Shown in pieces: positions 36,576 through 50,300 of a stretch of DNA of 64,000 nt. Each line of letters begins with the position of its first letter. The stretch's first letter is position 1. Origin of the DNA: Tubulanus polymorphus (Eukaryota > Animalia > Nemertea); contig NC_134025.1 in assembly GCF_964204645.1 (NCBI RefSeq), positions 24,904,299 to 24,968,298 of the forward strand, read 5' to 3'. The notes below the pieces were generated by a model that saw only the letters and a program-made list of their open reading frames with translations, had not been told where the DNA came from and did not search any database. The position numbers and the translations under genes are program-made.

Positions 36576-39500
36576 TTAAAAGTTATGTAACATATTTGCT
36601 GTAACCGGCCAAGAATCTGGATTACAGTCTTTTAGTCGAATCTCATCTGTTGACAATTTAATCGGCGTGTGTACGCGTATTTTCTCACCAACAACATTCA
36701 GTAGTTTCAATTCCAATGGTCCCAGTTGTAAGTAATCCTTATAAAGAGAACAAGAAAGTATTTGTGAAACTTGATCTTCAGTCATCATCTCTGAATTGAT
36801 ACAGCAAAACTGGTTTTCATCCGTCCAGATTTTCATCTTGAATTTACTTACATTCCAGTCTTCATCGTCGAAGTTGAAATAATTATCTAAAAGATCGCTT
36901 TTCTCGTGAAGCATTTCTTCGACTATGCCACATTCATCCTCCATTTCCTCTTCATCATCATCCGTCTGCTCAGCTGTTATCATACTGAATACTTTATCCT
37001 CGACAGCTTTTTGAGTTGCACTTTTCGGGCGAATTTTTCGTTTTGAAACTATGAAGATAACGAAATGTAGGTCATTTCATAACCAAAAGGTGCAGTTCAT
37101 GAATTGATTTTAGGCCAGGCTTTTTTATTTTGTTGTTTTACAAAAATCCATAAAACGAAAAATGAAATGCCTGGCCGTACTAAAGAAAAGTTCAGTTGTG
37201 CACTAGTTAATTACGGTTGGCTATTCAATAAGTACAACTTTTAAAGCTGTATGTTCATGTATAGAAATTGCTGACCTGGTTCAGGTTTTTCGTCATCCTC
37301 TAAACTAGTGCTCGACTGAACTGGTGTGATTTCTAATTTCGACAAATCAATTTCAAGAATTCCTGGCTGCTCCAAATCTTCATCCTCCTCAAACTGAGTC
37401 AAATAAAATGCTCTGTAAGAACAACAACAAAAACAAATTAGCACTGGGCCTTAGATATCATCTCAAACTATGGGTCCTGGGACACCATGCCCACTTGGTG
37501 AAATGCTTGACAAATGAATGGATGATAATTCAATGCAATAAACCCGCTAGGGCTATGCCCTAAGTGGGCTTTCAATTCAATCATCATTATAAGTAATTTT
37601 ACATATGTCGACAATGAGGTGAACAAATTTCTTTCATTCAGCTAAATTTACCTTGAAATCTTCAGATCTTCCACTTTGCATTCGAACAATTCGCTCATGA
37701 TCTCCAAATTACGTCGTTCCAATTCTTCAACGATCACTCGCAGTTCATCATAATCTCGACGATGTATTACAGCCTAAAACATGAATCGATAGAAAATCAA
37801 GATCATTTCTTTGAAATTAGCAAGAAACTAGTTCCATGACTGATTTATACGCACCTCCCTTTTTAACCAGTCGTTATCGAGGACTTCTTGTTTACTATTC
37901 TTATCTAGTCTGGACATAGCTTTCTGAAATTTGATCGAAAATGTGATATAGAATTCTATAGGTTGTGTATTTAAATCAAAATTCCTTCATCCTGTACCTC
38001 CGATGCGTAGTGCTTTTGGCTATCCATAGCATTCTCCATTTTCGACTCAATCTCGGACTTGGCAGCGTCTAACGTACGTGCAAGATGATCTGAAAATAAA
38101 GTTTAGGGTGTCCATTCATTAGAGGGCCCCTAGGTACAGTTCTTAGGGCTCGGGATGTCCTGCTCAAATATTGAAATTTTCAATCAATATGTAATCAATC
38201 AAAACATTTTTTTGTATTTATACTTAAGTTTATAATATATATTTGAGAAATTAATTCATTTGTTCATCATTACCGTATGCACATATTCTTGTACAGAATG
38301 TATACATGAATAACAAAAATGTTTACTGGGAAATAATGAGTTCACAAAAGATCTAAAGTTTAGCTTTTTCATAATACATGTACTGTGTAAATAGATGAAC
38401 CCTAATCCCTTTCAGAAGACACAATTCTGCCACAGGTTTAATCTGACTTTATCAGTTTATTTTCAAATGACTATAACCCCAGAGTCAAAATCTACCAGTG
38501 TGGAACTAGTCCCAGAGTGTCGAAATATATTTGAGAGCAAAAAATATAAGTTACTTTTCATCTCTTCAAAACTGCGGTGCATATCTTCCAGTTCTTTCTC
38601 TAACAGTTGTATTTGTGTCTGGCGATTGTGTTGACCGGTTTCTTTATAATCCGACCAATACTCAACCTCTTTCTGTTGGACAGCCACTTTTTCATCAAGT
38701 TCCTTGATTTTCGCGTGAAGATCTACAGAACAAGATCATAAAATTATTTTTGAACTAAGTTAACTCTATTCCCAAAGGCGAGGTAATATCTAGGCTTTTA
38801 AAGATTACTCAAACACTCGAATTAACTTGCCTACAAGATCTTGTTTTTCCTGTCTTTCAGCTACCCACTTTTCCTTCATAACTACAGTTACTTGATCTTT
38901 AGTTACAGGCTCAGCTGAATCTAACTGTTTTTCATACTCCTTCGCCTGGTGCATTAAATGCTGGATATAATAGACTTGTTCTGATTTCAGCCGATCATTC
39001 TATCGAAAAAACAAGAATATGGTTTATCGATAAACAACCAAGAAAATATAGCTTGTAACCATGTATCAGACTTACTTGGTAGTTTCTTATAGGAAGATAG
39101 TAAGCATGAAATATTGATGATTTTAGAGGAAAATCCTCTGAAACTTGAATTTTCAAGAGGCGTTTAATGAATTCTCACAATTCTAGGTCCAAGGTCCCAT
39201 GGATGACAAAATATAAAATTTGAAAATTCTAATTCACGAACATAAATGATATATAAAATCAAGAAATATAAAATTCTTTATCAGAATTTCCATTCAGTGG
39301 AAGAGGAAGACAAGCATTTTTTCAGAAATCAGCGACAAGATATTGCATCACGCACACTGTATAATTGATCCAAAAGCTAGTGGCTCTGTTTGTCCATAAC
39401 ATTGCCTGTGGTCACGCGGAGAAATAACCACACGGCTGAGACAACACTGGTCTGACTTATCTGAAACCCTTACACTTCTTCTTCATCAATATCAGTTTTG

Positions 39501-40944
39501 TAAATGATTAAATCCGCATGCCTACAGCGACGTATCAGTTTTCTGCGAAAACGACACCATTAGCTGTTATCTCAGCTGAGAAACACGCTGGACTCTTCTG
39601 ACTTTTATATCTCTTGGCTATAGATACAGGGTAGATTATCTGAGCTAAAAGTTTGCCAAAATACATCCAAAGGAAAAGACAATAGTGTGTAAGCAACTAT
39701 TGTACAAAAAGGAGTGGCGTTAAACATGACAAGTGAATATGTATTCAACTGTAACATACGTTTTCCTAAGGATGAATGATTATGAAATGATTTACCTAGA
39801 AATGACAATTTCATTGCCAATTTCAGGACTGCTACTAGCCAATTTTAGAATAGTTCAGACACACTCTCAAGGCATTTGGATTGAATATGGTAACTTTTAA
39901 AAGTCTTCAATGGCTTCAGAAACAATGACACAATACTGATTTATCAAATGAATAACCAAAATCGTAACGAATCAGAGTGGACCTGGAGCAGGGCAAGGCA
40001 AATAATGACCGCAATTGAAAATCGATAGATCTTGAAGAACGTGTGAATAACAGATCGAACTATGATGAACTGTGGACGAAGTGTTACCTGCCTTTATCCC
40101 AGCCTCAGGCGACTGGAGACAAAAACGTCATGACAATCCCAATAAACTAACAACAGAATGTCATGTAGACAAAGATAGGCAAACTCATAGCTAACTTAAT
40201 GTGCATTTTTTCAGAGACAGTAAGAGAAGAGCGAGGTTGTTATTGTAACCTTTCGTGATTTAATTCATGATGCACAGTAAACTCTGTTCAAGTCGAATCT
40301 AACCAACGCCAAATAATGGTAGGCCTATGTTTTCAACTCAGATAGGCCCTTTTTCAAATATTTTGGTGCCCATAAATTAACTCGAATATTAGGCCTACTC
40401 TTAGGTCGGACAAATTTCAGTCCAAAAACATCCGACAATTAAGGCTGAACCAGTAACGTTTCTTTTTGCCCATATACTTAGCTAATAACAATTTTTTCAA
40501 ATAAAGTTTCATGATGGATTTGTTAGGCCTTAATGAAAATTTTTTTTATCAGCCCATACCATGCAACAACTACTTATTCCCAGGATCCATATGATCATCT
40601 GACAGACTACCCATAGATAAGCCTTCGCAGACCTTCAATGAAAATATCAACTTACCCTTTCTCGAAGACGCTTGTTTTTTTCTTCCATGCCTCGTAATTC
40701 ATATTTAATATCCTGAATTTGACCTTCTTTTATTCCAATCCTAGGAAACAGAATGGAAAATTGATTAAAATACCAATGAAGGGAAATGGAAAGAATGTCC
40801 TGACAATTTAGGGGTAAGTCATAAAACTTACTGATAGGCTAAAATTGCTTCTTTGAAGGTCATTTCAGGCTCAGAGGATTTCTTTTTTCCTTTTCCACCT
40901 TTCTTTTTCTTTCCACTCTTCTTTCCTTTACCCTTTTTCCCCAT
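36576..40944 (-). CDS. CCDC83: Coiled-coil domain-containing protein 83, multi-exon
   Basis: Lys-rich N-terminus, EAILAYQIGIKE, RNDRLKSEQVYYIQHL, VTKDQV..MKEKW, EYWSDYKETG, NDWLKRE..IHR, LFECKVEDLKISRAFYLTQ; matches recalled CCDC83. Confidence 0.85.
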
Positions 40945-43900
40945 GTTTTTTCCTTGTCAGCGCCTGAGGCAGAAATATTTAAAAAAAAATTCCATTACGC
41001 TGCATTCACACGAGGCTATCCAGTACAATTATACTCGCAAACTAGGCCCCAATACTGTATCTTATCATACTTCGATAATATATATTAATTGAAATTGAAT
41101 TGATATTTCACCACTCAAAAACGGCGTCACGTCGTTAATAAAGAAATATATTATGCCTAAATTAAGCGTACATACTGTTTAATAGAATAAAAACTTGGTT
41201 GTGTTCAATTCAGGAGCACAAACCTACGTGTATCTACCCTATCTAGAACAAAATGTTTGTTTGTGTATCTGTCAAAAAATCGAAACTACGGCCGCCATGT
41301 TGTTTACTAGTGCCAACCACCGAATGTCCGCCTATCAAAATCTTCAGCCGGACATTATTTTTACTTGCTGAAAATATGTAGCTCATACTAAAAGAAAAAA
41401 TTATGCGGTCACCAAGATAAATGGAATGACGAATAGTATTCAAAGACATTCTATCAATTTTTGTCAATCGTATCATTCTGATTCGAGATAATAGTAACAA
41501 TAAGATTATTTTACCATATTCGTGGATTTTTATTTTCGCGTGAGGCTGTGTTCTGGTTTCGAATCCTGCATGTGTTTCTTTTTTTCCTGATTTATGTACA
41601 ACAATAATACCGCATTCAGGAATACCAATGTATTATTCATTGTCAATAACAAATCTAATTGATATTATCTAAGGTAGTCGTGGTGCTGCAGAAAATGTTC
41701 ATACGTGCCCACACAGCGGGCTACACTAGGGCATGAGTAGAATTGCGAATTATACCGGTAATTGAAAATAACGAACTTTGACTCAAGATTCTTAACGTAA
41801 CTAACTGTCTGGGTTCAGGCTTACCTCCATTGCCGAAATAGTCAATGTTTTGGTGAAGTAAAATTGATCTTATCTCAATGCGTCATTAAATGTTCACGTC
41901 AGCAAATGAGCTTGGAAGCGAACTTCTGTGTCTCAGAACTTAATCACCGAAACTTGAAAAACTAGATGAAAGATTTTCTTAGCTGTTTCTCCGTAATATT
42001 TCATATAAATATATTTCCCATCGTTTTATTTTGAAATGCAATCAAACAATTTTGCGTTTTTCAACGCAAAACCTTTGATATTTACAGATGAAAGAAAAAG
42101 GTTCCTTAATTATAAATATCCACGAGTTTATACAAAAGGAAATATTCTTTATTCCTGATTAATGAACCTTAAATGTAACTAGTTGAATAAGTTGATTATC
42201 AGTTGTATATCTCATATATTAGATCTAAGAAAGATTATACGGTGGGCTTAATTATTTTCATTTTATACGGATGTCTGATTAATTTCTACGAATGCGAAAC
42301 GAATGGAGAACATATTTTTCAAGGTTCGTCAACCGATTTGGATCTCCTTACTACTCGAATTGAGGTTTTCGTGTTTACCATTTAAAGATCACATCTCGTG
42401 CAATTACAAAGTAAATTTCTTCGAATCTAAGTCGAAGATTAAACTCGCTAGCCTAATAAATCACTCCGACGTGATCGTTCGCCCCACCTTGCCGCTAGAT
42501 TTGATCTCCTAATGACATATCCGATTTCTTTAAAGTGAGTGCTAATTGTTTGTTTGAAACCATGTCTTGTAATTTGTTTCTCATAAATTTTTCATCCGCA
42601 GACTTTTCGGTGCGGAAAATGACTCGCGATTCAAGTTTAAGCCCCTTTTGCACGGATTCAATGACGAGGAACTTCCCGGTGATGTCTTCTGCCTTCGCAT
42701 TGATCGCGCGTTTGGGTCGATGGCTCCTGGACCAATCAGGCAGCCGGAGGCTTCATTGCTTACCCACCTGCTTTAGTTCTCAAACTTCCAACCCGGGTAT
42801 AATACCCGCGACTTTCTGAAAGAGACACCAGTGAAGACGTTTGCCTTTCTGTCGAATAAGACGACGACACCGTTTCATTTCCTCGCAAACGATTTTACGG
42901 AAATTAATAAGAAAAGAGAAAAAAATTTCAGGTGAGTGAAATGAATCGACAATTTGCATATCTAATCATTTAGCTATTTGGGAAATAATTGAAATCGAAA
43001 GTAGATTTTCTGAAAAAAGTGCTATGCTTTTGATTAACCGAATCAAGCGTGTATTACGTACCAATTCGCAAGTACCCAGGACGAAACTAATTTCATCAAA
43101 AAGGATACGTGATACTTGAAAATTTGTGGCTATGGTATTTCCGTAATCAGTTATTGTATTCAATCTCATTTTTTCTGTCAAAAACTGTTAAGAAACGAAA
43201 CAAACATCAATTATTCATTTCACGACCTTCGTATGAAATTACTACTGTCATATACATTTTGAAACAGATTTTTGTTTTATTAAGACATAGAATTTTGGGT
43301 CATTGTAAATTTCATCATTTTCTACCGCTATGAAAATTCATTGAAAACTCAAAGCCGTACGGAACACGCGATCACACGCGGGATTGTGCGACACCCTTAT
43401 TCAAAAAGGTTCTCGAATTCTGTAATCTGAGATACCTTTTAATATCGCATCTTCATAAATGGATTTCAAACGTTTCGTCAATGACGTTTTTGTTCTTGTA
43501 ACATTTTGAAGAGTGTTGTTGAGATTTTGGCGAGCGATGGTTTCCCGCAGTGGTCGTTTAATTATTGGTCGACAAACCGTAGGGTAGCATATGGCTTTTG
43601 ACTCTCTTTTGAGATTTACACGATTATTTGGAAATCTGGTGCGATACAGTTTGTCATCGTGAAGAGTCTTTGGCCTAAGGCCACGCTGTTACGCCGAGCG
43701 CTTTATTTTCTTAACTAGTTAAAACCACAATCACAGCTCATTAATTTCGAAGATCGTAGTAAACTAAACCCGCGCAAATTCAGAGAAAATTGTTTGGTGA
43801 ATATTTCATTGTCTTTTCAAATCGCACTTGGCCACCGGTATAACGCGAAACCTTTCCTAAAACTGGACGCGAAAAAAGGAGTACTCCACATCACTCATTC

Positions 43901-46900
43901 GGAACACTCCCTCGTTCGTAGAATTAGTTCACAAAAAAAATTCGTTTTGCATGATATTACTCTACTTATTCTCGCATCTAGCAAATTTGATTATTTCAGG
44001 AATAATTATTCAAAGAATTCTTGATAACATGTTGTGAATAGATGTGTAAATTTGTTCACAACAATGAATTTATGGAATTCAATTTCTTTCCCGTTTACGG
44101 CTTTAACGAAATAAATGCAGAGAATCATGGATCCTCAATGGACGTAATATTACAACATTTCTAGATAACTATATCTACATCCCGAGTGAGACTTTTTTTG
44201 CTTTCGTGCAAATTGATTCATGATGACTTAATTGCTGTGTCCGATGACTTTAAGCGAACACAATAACGATATTGATGGTAATGAGATTTTAACACTCACA
44301 TCTCGCTGACGTTGAACACATGTTTGAACGTTTGTCGCACTCGACCTGAACAATAGCCCACCACGTCAAACTCCGTCCCTTTCATGCAAGACTATCGTTC
44401 TCTTTTGTAAATTTCTTAAGAGTCTGCCGCGAGCTTTTAATTAAGACGCATTTTGTGAAGTGAAGTCGCACGTCGGTCGTCCCCGCTTGTGGCTATTGTT
44501 CCAGCCGCACGTCGGAATCACAGCGAAAACTGGTGTGTGCCGTTTGCGGCCTAAAGTTGTTAACATGTTTACAAACATTAACATCTGACCGGCCTGAAGG
44601 GCACTCGTTTTACCCGGTCGTATTAGTATTAATATTACCAAAATATTCATGCATTTTGATATTACACAACTCACCAATCAGCAAAATTTGTTGCAATGAC
44701 ACACGTTTAAGGGGTCCAAAACATAATCTAAATCAATTGCTAATAATACTGCTAATACTACCAGTCATATTGCTAATTAAATATTTCGATGTTACCATAG
44801 ACTTGAAACATATAGTTTATCTTAATTCATTGCAATTCAAACGTTTATTCAGCTACAATTAATGTTCCCTGACATACCAAGTTGGAATCATTCACCAACA
44901 ACCTATGAGGAGGATATGTTGTGAAATGGCAGTTGATGTTTAACCGGAGGCTGTTTGGAAAATCGCTATAATGTTAATCAATGGATTGACAATTTGACTG
45001 TAAGTTTCCGAAACCTCCATCGTGACAAACGTCAATCCGTGTACAGGTTAGTCATTTCGCTGCGATCCGCCAAAATCAATCCGGAGCTAATATATTTATC
45101 AATAACTTTCATCTATTTCGAACGGTCCACTTTTCATTTTCGGTGACTTGCGTGTTTTCCACAAAAACAAAACTAAAAACGCTCAAAGTTTCGCTGCCAA
45201 ATAAATATATTTCTAATAATTTTGCCACCACTGATTTGATAACGAAGCAAAATACACATTCCAGTTGGCACAACTTTTTGTGAATTAGTTGAACCATCCT
45301 CGGTCGTTTTCTTTAAAAAAGAAAATACATCGTCGCAGAAATGATTTATGTATTTATATGAAAATTTTAGCGTTGTCTACCCTCCCTTAGGAAAAGTATC
45401 GTTCCTGTTGGTAGTAGATATGTGCGCAAAAAGTTAATTCTGTAATCAGATAAGTGTCGAGAGCAAGTTAATTAATTGGTTAATCATCCCGTTACGGATC
45501 TTATGCAATGATTTTATTACGGTTTTCGTACTGCGCTTCGTTTCATTAAAACAAGCGTTTTAAAGACAAAACAACGCCACGCAGTCGCACGATAACTGGC
45601 TATCATCTTCCACATCAACCCCAGAAGTCATTGTAGAAATTTCATTCATGCAAACATTCATTGCGATATTTCTCTTTTGGTAATAACAAATGATTCTAGA
45701 TAGTTTATCAGTTACTCTTCGTTACGAGACAATGTTCTCGTGTAATTGTCATCATCGGAATTTAGTGCCTTCTTAAATACAGCCGGATGCACATTCCCAA
45801 AGGTCTAACTTCATCTGATGGCGCCGGCGTCAATACAAATCGCTTAATGGACAAGACCGAGTTGCGATTAATGGTATAAATATGACACAAACATCATCGA
45901 AACGGCAGATTCCTATAAAATGCTAATTTGACCGAATCTGTGCAACGAGCCGTGGTCAAGAGGGGCAGATTTATCCATTATCTTGTCTTATCTCACGACA
46001 ATCCAGTCGAAACATCTCAACTCGTCAATATTACAACACCACGAGCGATATGATGATGGCCATAATGCTATAATGGCAAAGTGATTTTAGGAGTGTTCAC
46101 CTATTAACGTTAAGACACCGATGGTGAATTATGGGGAATCATACGTTAATTGATATTGCAAATATTGATAAACTAAAAGCGAGCAGTTGTAGAACATTAG
46201 ATGCCCCAGAACTCGCTACACGCCCCGAGGGAAATCACTGTCCGAAGTTTCTCAATATTTATAGTTGGATGGTTTTACCAACATTTGAAAGAAAGTTTCC
46301 ATGGAAAGTTTCAATTCTAAAAAAAATCTAATATATCTATTACATGTTTCCGATTTCCATTTCAACATTATCAACTATCTTCATCCTAAGTCAGCGGGAT
46401 CTGAGGGTCTGAAATAGGTATTACACTCTCCTCCGAAGCATGAATCCATAGAAAATACAATATATTTGACCAGACTTTCATAGGACCAGAATACATTAAT
46501 CGTAATACGAACAGACTTTCCACCATTGTGACTTGTCAGTAATTGTTCGAGGACACACTGTTCTCACTTGAGTCGATTAAGATGTCTAAGGGTTCGCGTG
46601 GTTTCTGAAGTTAATGAGTTACTCTGTTTATATAGACGAGGTGTGACAGTAATCAGTGGACAATGCGACTACCGCTGGGTACATCATCACCTGACAACTT
46701 TGATCCCAACTCTTCCGCGACTTTTGTCTGATGACGATATATCGACTTCAAGACCCGCCATTGACCATAATGTAACATGTATGGAAAGTATGTGTTTGTA
46801 ATGCTGAAGGGGAACTAATTATTGCGCTAGTATTACTTCCTTTAGCAAAGTTCAATGAGATGGCTGTATCTTCTTTATCTGTCGTGAGAACGCACAGATT

Positions 46901-47371
46901 TTGGCTCTGTAAGCCGCGAGTCTTGACTTTTCATTAACTGACTACGATGATGAGACACTGGGCCCCGCAGATATTGGTTACTAGTCTTGCATAATCATTT
47001 CAAAATCCCCATGTAACATTTCCGACGTGGATTGTTCGCCTATGGGCATTTTCTACTGAGATATTTCCTTAATACAAGTCTATACATTTAGCAATAAGCG
47101 AAACTGCGCGCAATTCTAATTAGAAAGAATTTTGTGCAACAAAAGGTGATAAACGAAATTTATTTTATAAGTAGCACGCTCATCAACACCATCATTATAA
47201 ATTTTGTATGAAGGAAGTTAGCGCATTTCTTCGGGATTCTAATGAAATTCGCCGCCAACATAAAATGACCTACTGATTTTACGCTTAAGTCCGGAAAACT
47301 GTCGTCTCCGCCTTTCACTGGTTTTCGACTAATTTTCGCCGACGAACATGAAATAGCCGTTTGTCAACTTC

Positions 47372-50300
47372 ATGGGACTGGTTTCATTACAGATGCTTTT
47401 GTCCGTGGCGAAGATTGGACACGAAACGTCCGAACCACAGTCATTAACAACAGTGTCGCTGGAAAAGTCGATGATGTCCCGGAGTTCTAGTCCGACGATG
47501 ATGATCGCTACGCAACTCCCTCCAAGTGGCTCGGCAAAAAGTAAGTAGAGCTAAATACATTTACAAATTTTGTATTCTGATTTTTCTAACGATTTATTTT
47601 CGGGGACTTCCTTAAGTCACTTATTGTGATTATCGGATGAAGGTTCACTAAAATTCTTAGTTATTTATAGTCCTCACGATAGTATATATTTTTGATAGTT
47701 GCTTCTTGAAATATACCGGTGCGTAAAAAGTATAAATAATTTTTCAACTTCAAAAAACCTCTTCCATTTATGGGGAATCATTCACTAAATTGGAGCCACG
47801 CACAAATATTGGAAATTACTCATATTCTTAATTCTACTTCCTCTCTGTGATTTTCCAATGGCTGTTATTCTTCGACCGGATCTTATCGCTTTTCAAAATG
47901 TTTCTACGGTTGTTTCCGATATTTTGCTGCTACACTGAAAAAAAACCGATGAAGTCAAAGCTACTTGTTAGATAAGCGGACATTGATTTGAAATAAATCT
48001 CATCTGACTTAAGTCGTGTATCGTGTCTCAACTCGCTAATCCTATTAACTTTCAATACTTGCCGAGGTTCTCAGCGTTTTATGGATCGAGCGCTCTCCTC
48101 TCTCTCTCTATCTCTCTACGAATGATGGACACGAGAGAAAACTTTCTCGATTTTGACCGACCGCGGTTTTTTCCGCTGAGGAGAAAACCCGATCAATAGA
48201 GTTTACCATCGTTTGGTGGCATTGATCTGATACATCCAAGTCAATGAACAAAACGTTCTCAGTATTTGTCATCCATTAAGGTAAAGTGGACACGCAGTCC
48301 GCTCGGATGAGCACGAGGTGAGATAGGTTTCCCTTTTTATTAAGATTTTACATCGATGTCGTCTTTTGATGACTGCTGGCTGAACAACATCACAAGACAG
48401 CATTCTTAATTATCATTGCACGGTTGAAAAGGGACCACAGAGAAGACTGACTACCTTTTCGCATCATTTTTGGGATCATTTATCGTCAACTCGGAGAAAA
48501 GTTCCATCGCCAATCCTTCCGCTGATACAGGGAAATAATCGCGACTAGTCAATTTCAAAAGGATTGAAAAAAAAACACGAAAATAGCGACGCCAAAGTCG
48601 GAGTTTTCTCGTCTCGCTCTTACACGAAATCTTAACGGAAAGTGAAATATAATATTGCTTATCAAAAGGCAATAAAGCATCATTATGCAACATGTAAAAA
48701 TAATAACATGATCGTCACTCATGTATTAATTTGTGATGTTCTCCATCGATAACAGTTGTTGCAAAGACATTTTTTCCCAGGGAGATTGCGAATACAATAC
48801 ATTTTACGGCGTCGGGGTCGTCCGACTGACAGCTTTCACTCTACAGCACACCATTCGAGCAGTTAATGAAAAGCTAAACTCCTTCGAGAGCTCAACAAAT
48901 CCACTTCTTTGACTTTTGCTCATTTGCCAACCCGGGGCTATTATGAACTGATGAGCAATGCTACTGACAAGTTTAATGAATCGGACTCGTCACAGTCGTT
49001 CATATAAGTGGATAAAATAACGTCTGCTCCGAGTCCCAGGAGTCTTCGATGGAAAAAACTCAGCTCCTACGAGATGATAACCAACTGATCTAGGGAGAAA
49101 CCTAAGCGTATGTTAAAAGATAGATGGAAAAGTTCGATAATTACAGAAAAGATTCAAATTGTTCCTTGTAGATAACGAAATGTATACGTTGCATTGCTAT
49201 TCTGTACAGTCGATCAAGAAAAGTCCATACTTAGCATTTTTATCAAGAAAGAAAACCATGTTTATATGCTATACTTTTTAAACTAAATATAATGCATGAA
49301 TCTCTTACTAGATTTATCATAAAGCAAAGAAAATAATCACAAGAGAGTATACATTAATTTTGCACCAAAATTTATTTTGTACTAATAAGGGACTTGGAAC
49401 AACTAGACATTATTACATCTTTTCGATGTTTAGTTTTAGTAAACGAAGACATAAAGTAGTAAAAATCCAATCGATTTTAACATTTGGAATTTCTGAAATT
49501 TGAAAGTTGAACAACTTACACAGCCGATAACGATTGGAACAATTTATACTCTCGAGTACTCGACTATTAGCGCCACTGAAATCTTCTACAAGTTAATTGA
49601 AAAAACACTTATCTGCGATTTAAAACTTTAGCATTTTCCGCCTATGCAGCTCTCGAAAGTGCTCGAAACTATCAAAACAAAACGGTATAAAGCCGTTTTA
49701 GGCGTCTGTGATTATTCAGTCGACGTGCAACTGACGCAGTTGAGGAAGGTATTAAAATTGATACAGTGATAATAGTGCTTCACTGACTTCCCGGGGAGTA
49801 TAGAATTTATCCGATCAAGTCGAACTACTTTTCTCGGCACTCTCTGAGCTGTGACTTGTCGCGGATTAATACTAGTCATCTCGAGAGCTGATTGGCGCAT
49901 GTTTCTCAAATTTTTTTCGCATCGTGCGAATGTATTTGTTCACGGGCACTCGAAGATTTCATGATACACTTAGCATCGATTTGAAATTTCAGTAAAACTC
50001 AGAAAAGATTCCCGCTTTCAGATAGGTCTTTGGAAATTTTTAAGTTTTTCGTTCGATTTTGAAAATATAGAATTCTATATCCATTTGATTTAGAGATAAA
50101 ACGTTTTGCTTATCTAATGGCAGTTAACGAATTAATTCAAATATATCCCCATCGATCATTTCTAGACCTGTCATTTCTCCGTGTTACACCAATATTTCTA
50201 AACTCGCACGTGCAAATCCGATATGTAGACGCTCAATTCAAAATCAAGTGAGTCGTTTGGCGAGGAAATCGAGTATATTTGTAATCGAATCGCGGTTTTC

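Noticed and set aside
39945-40150. Possible decayed RTE-type LINE 3' end (WTWSRARQI...ENR)
   Set aside because: Too short and frame-broken to support without a search.
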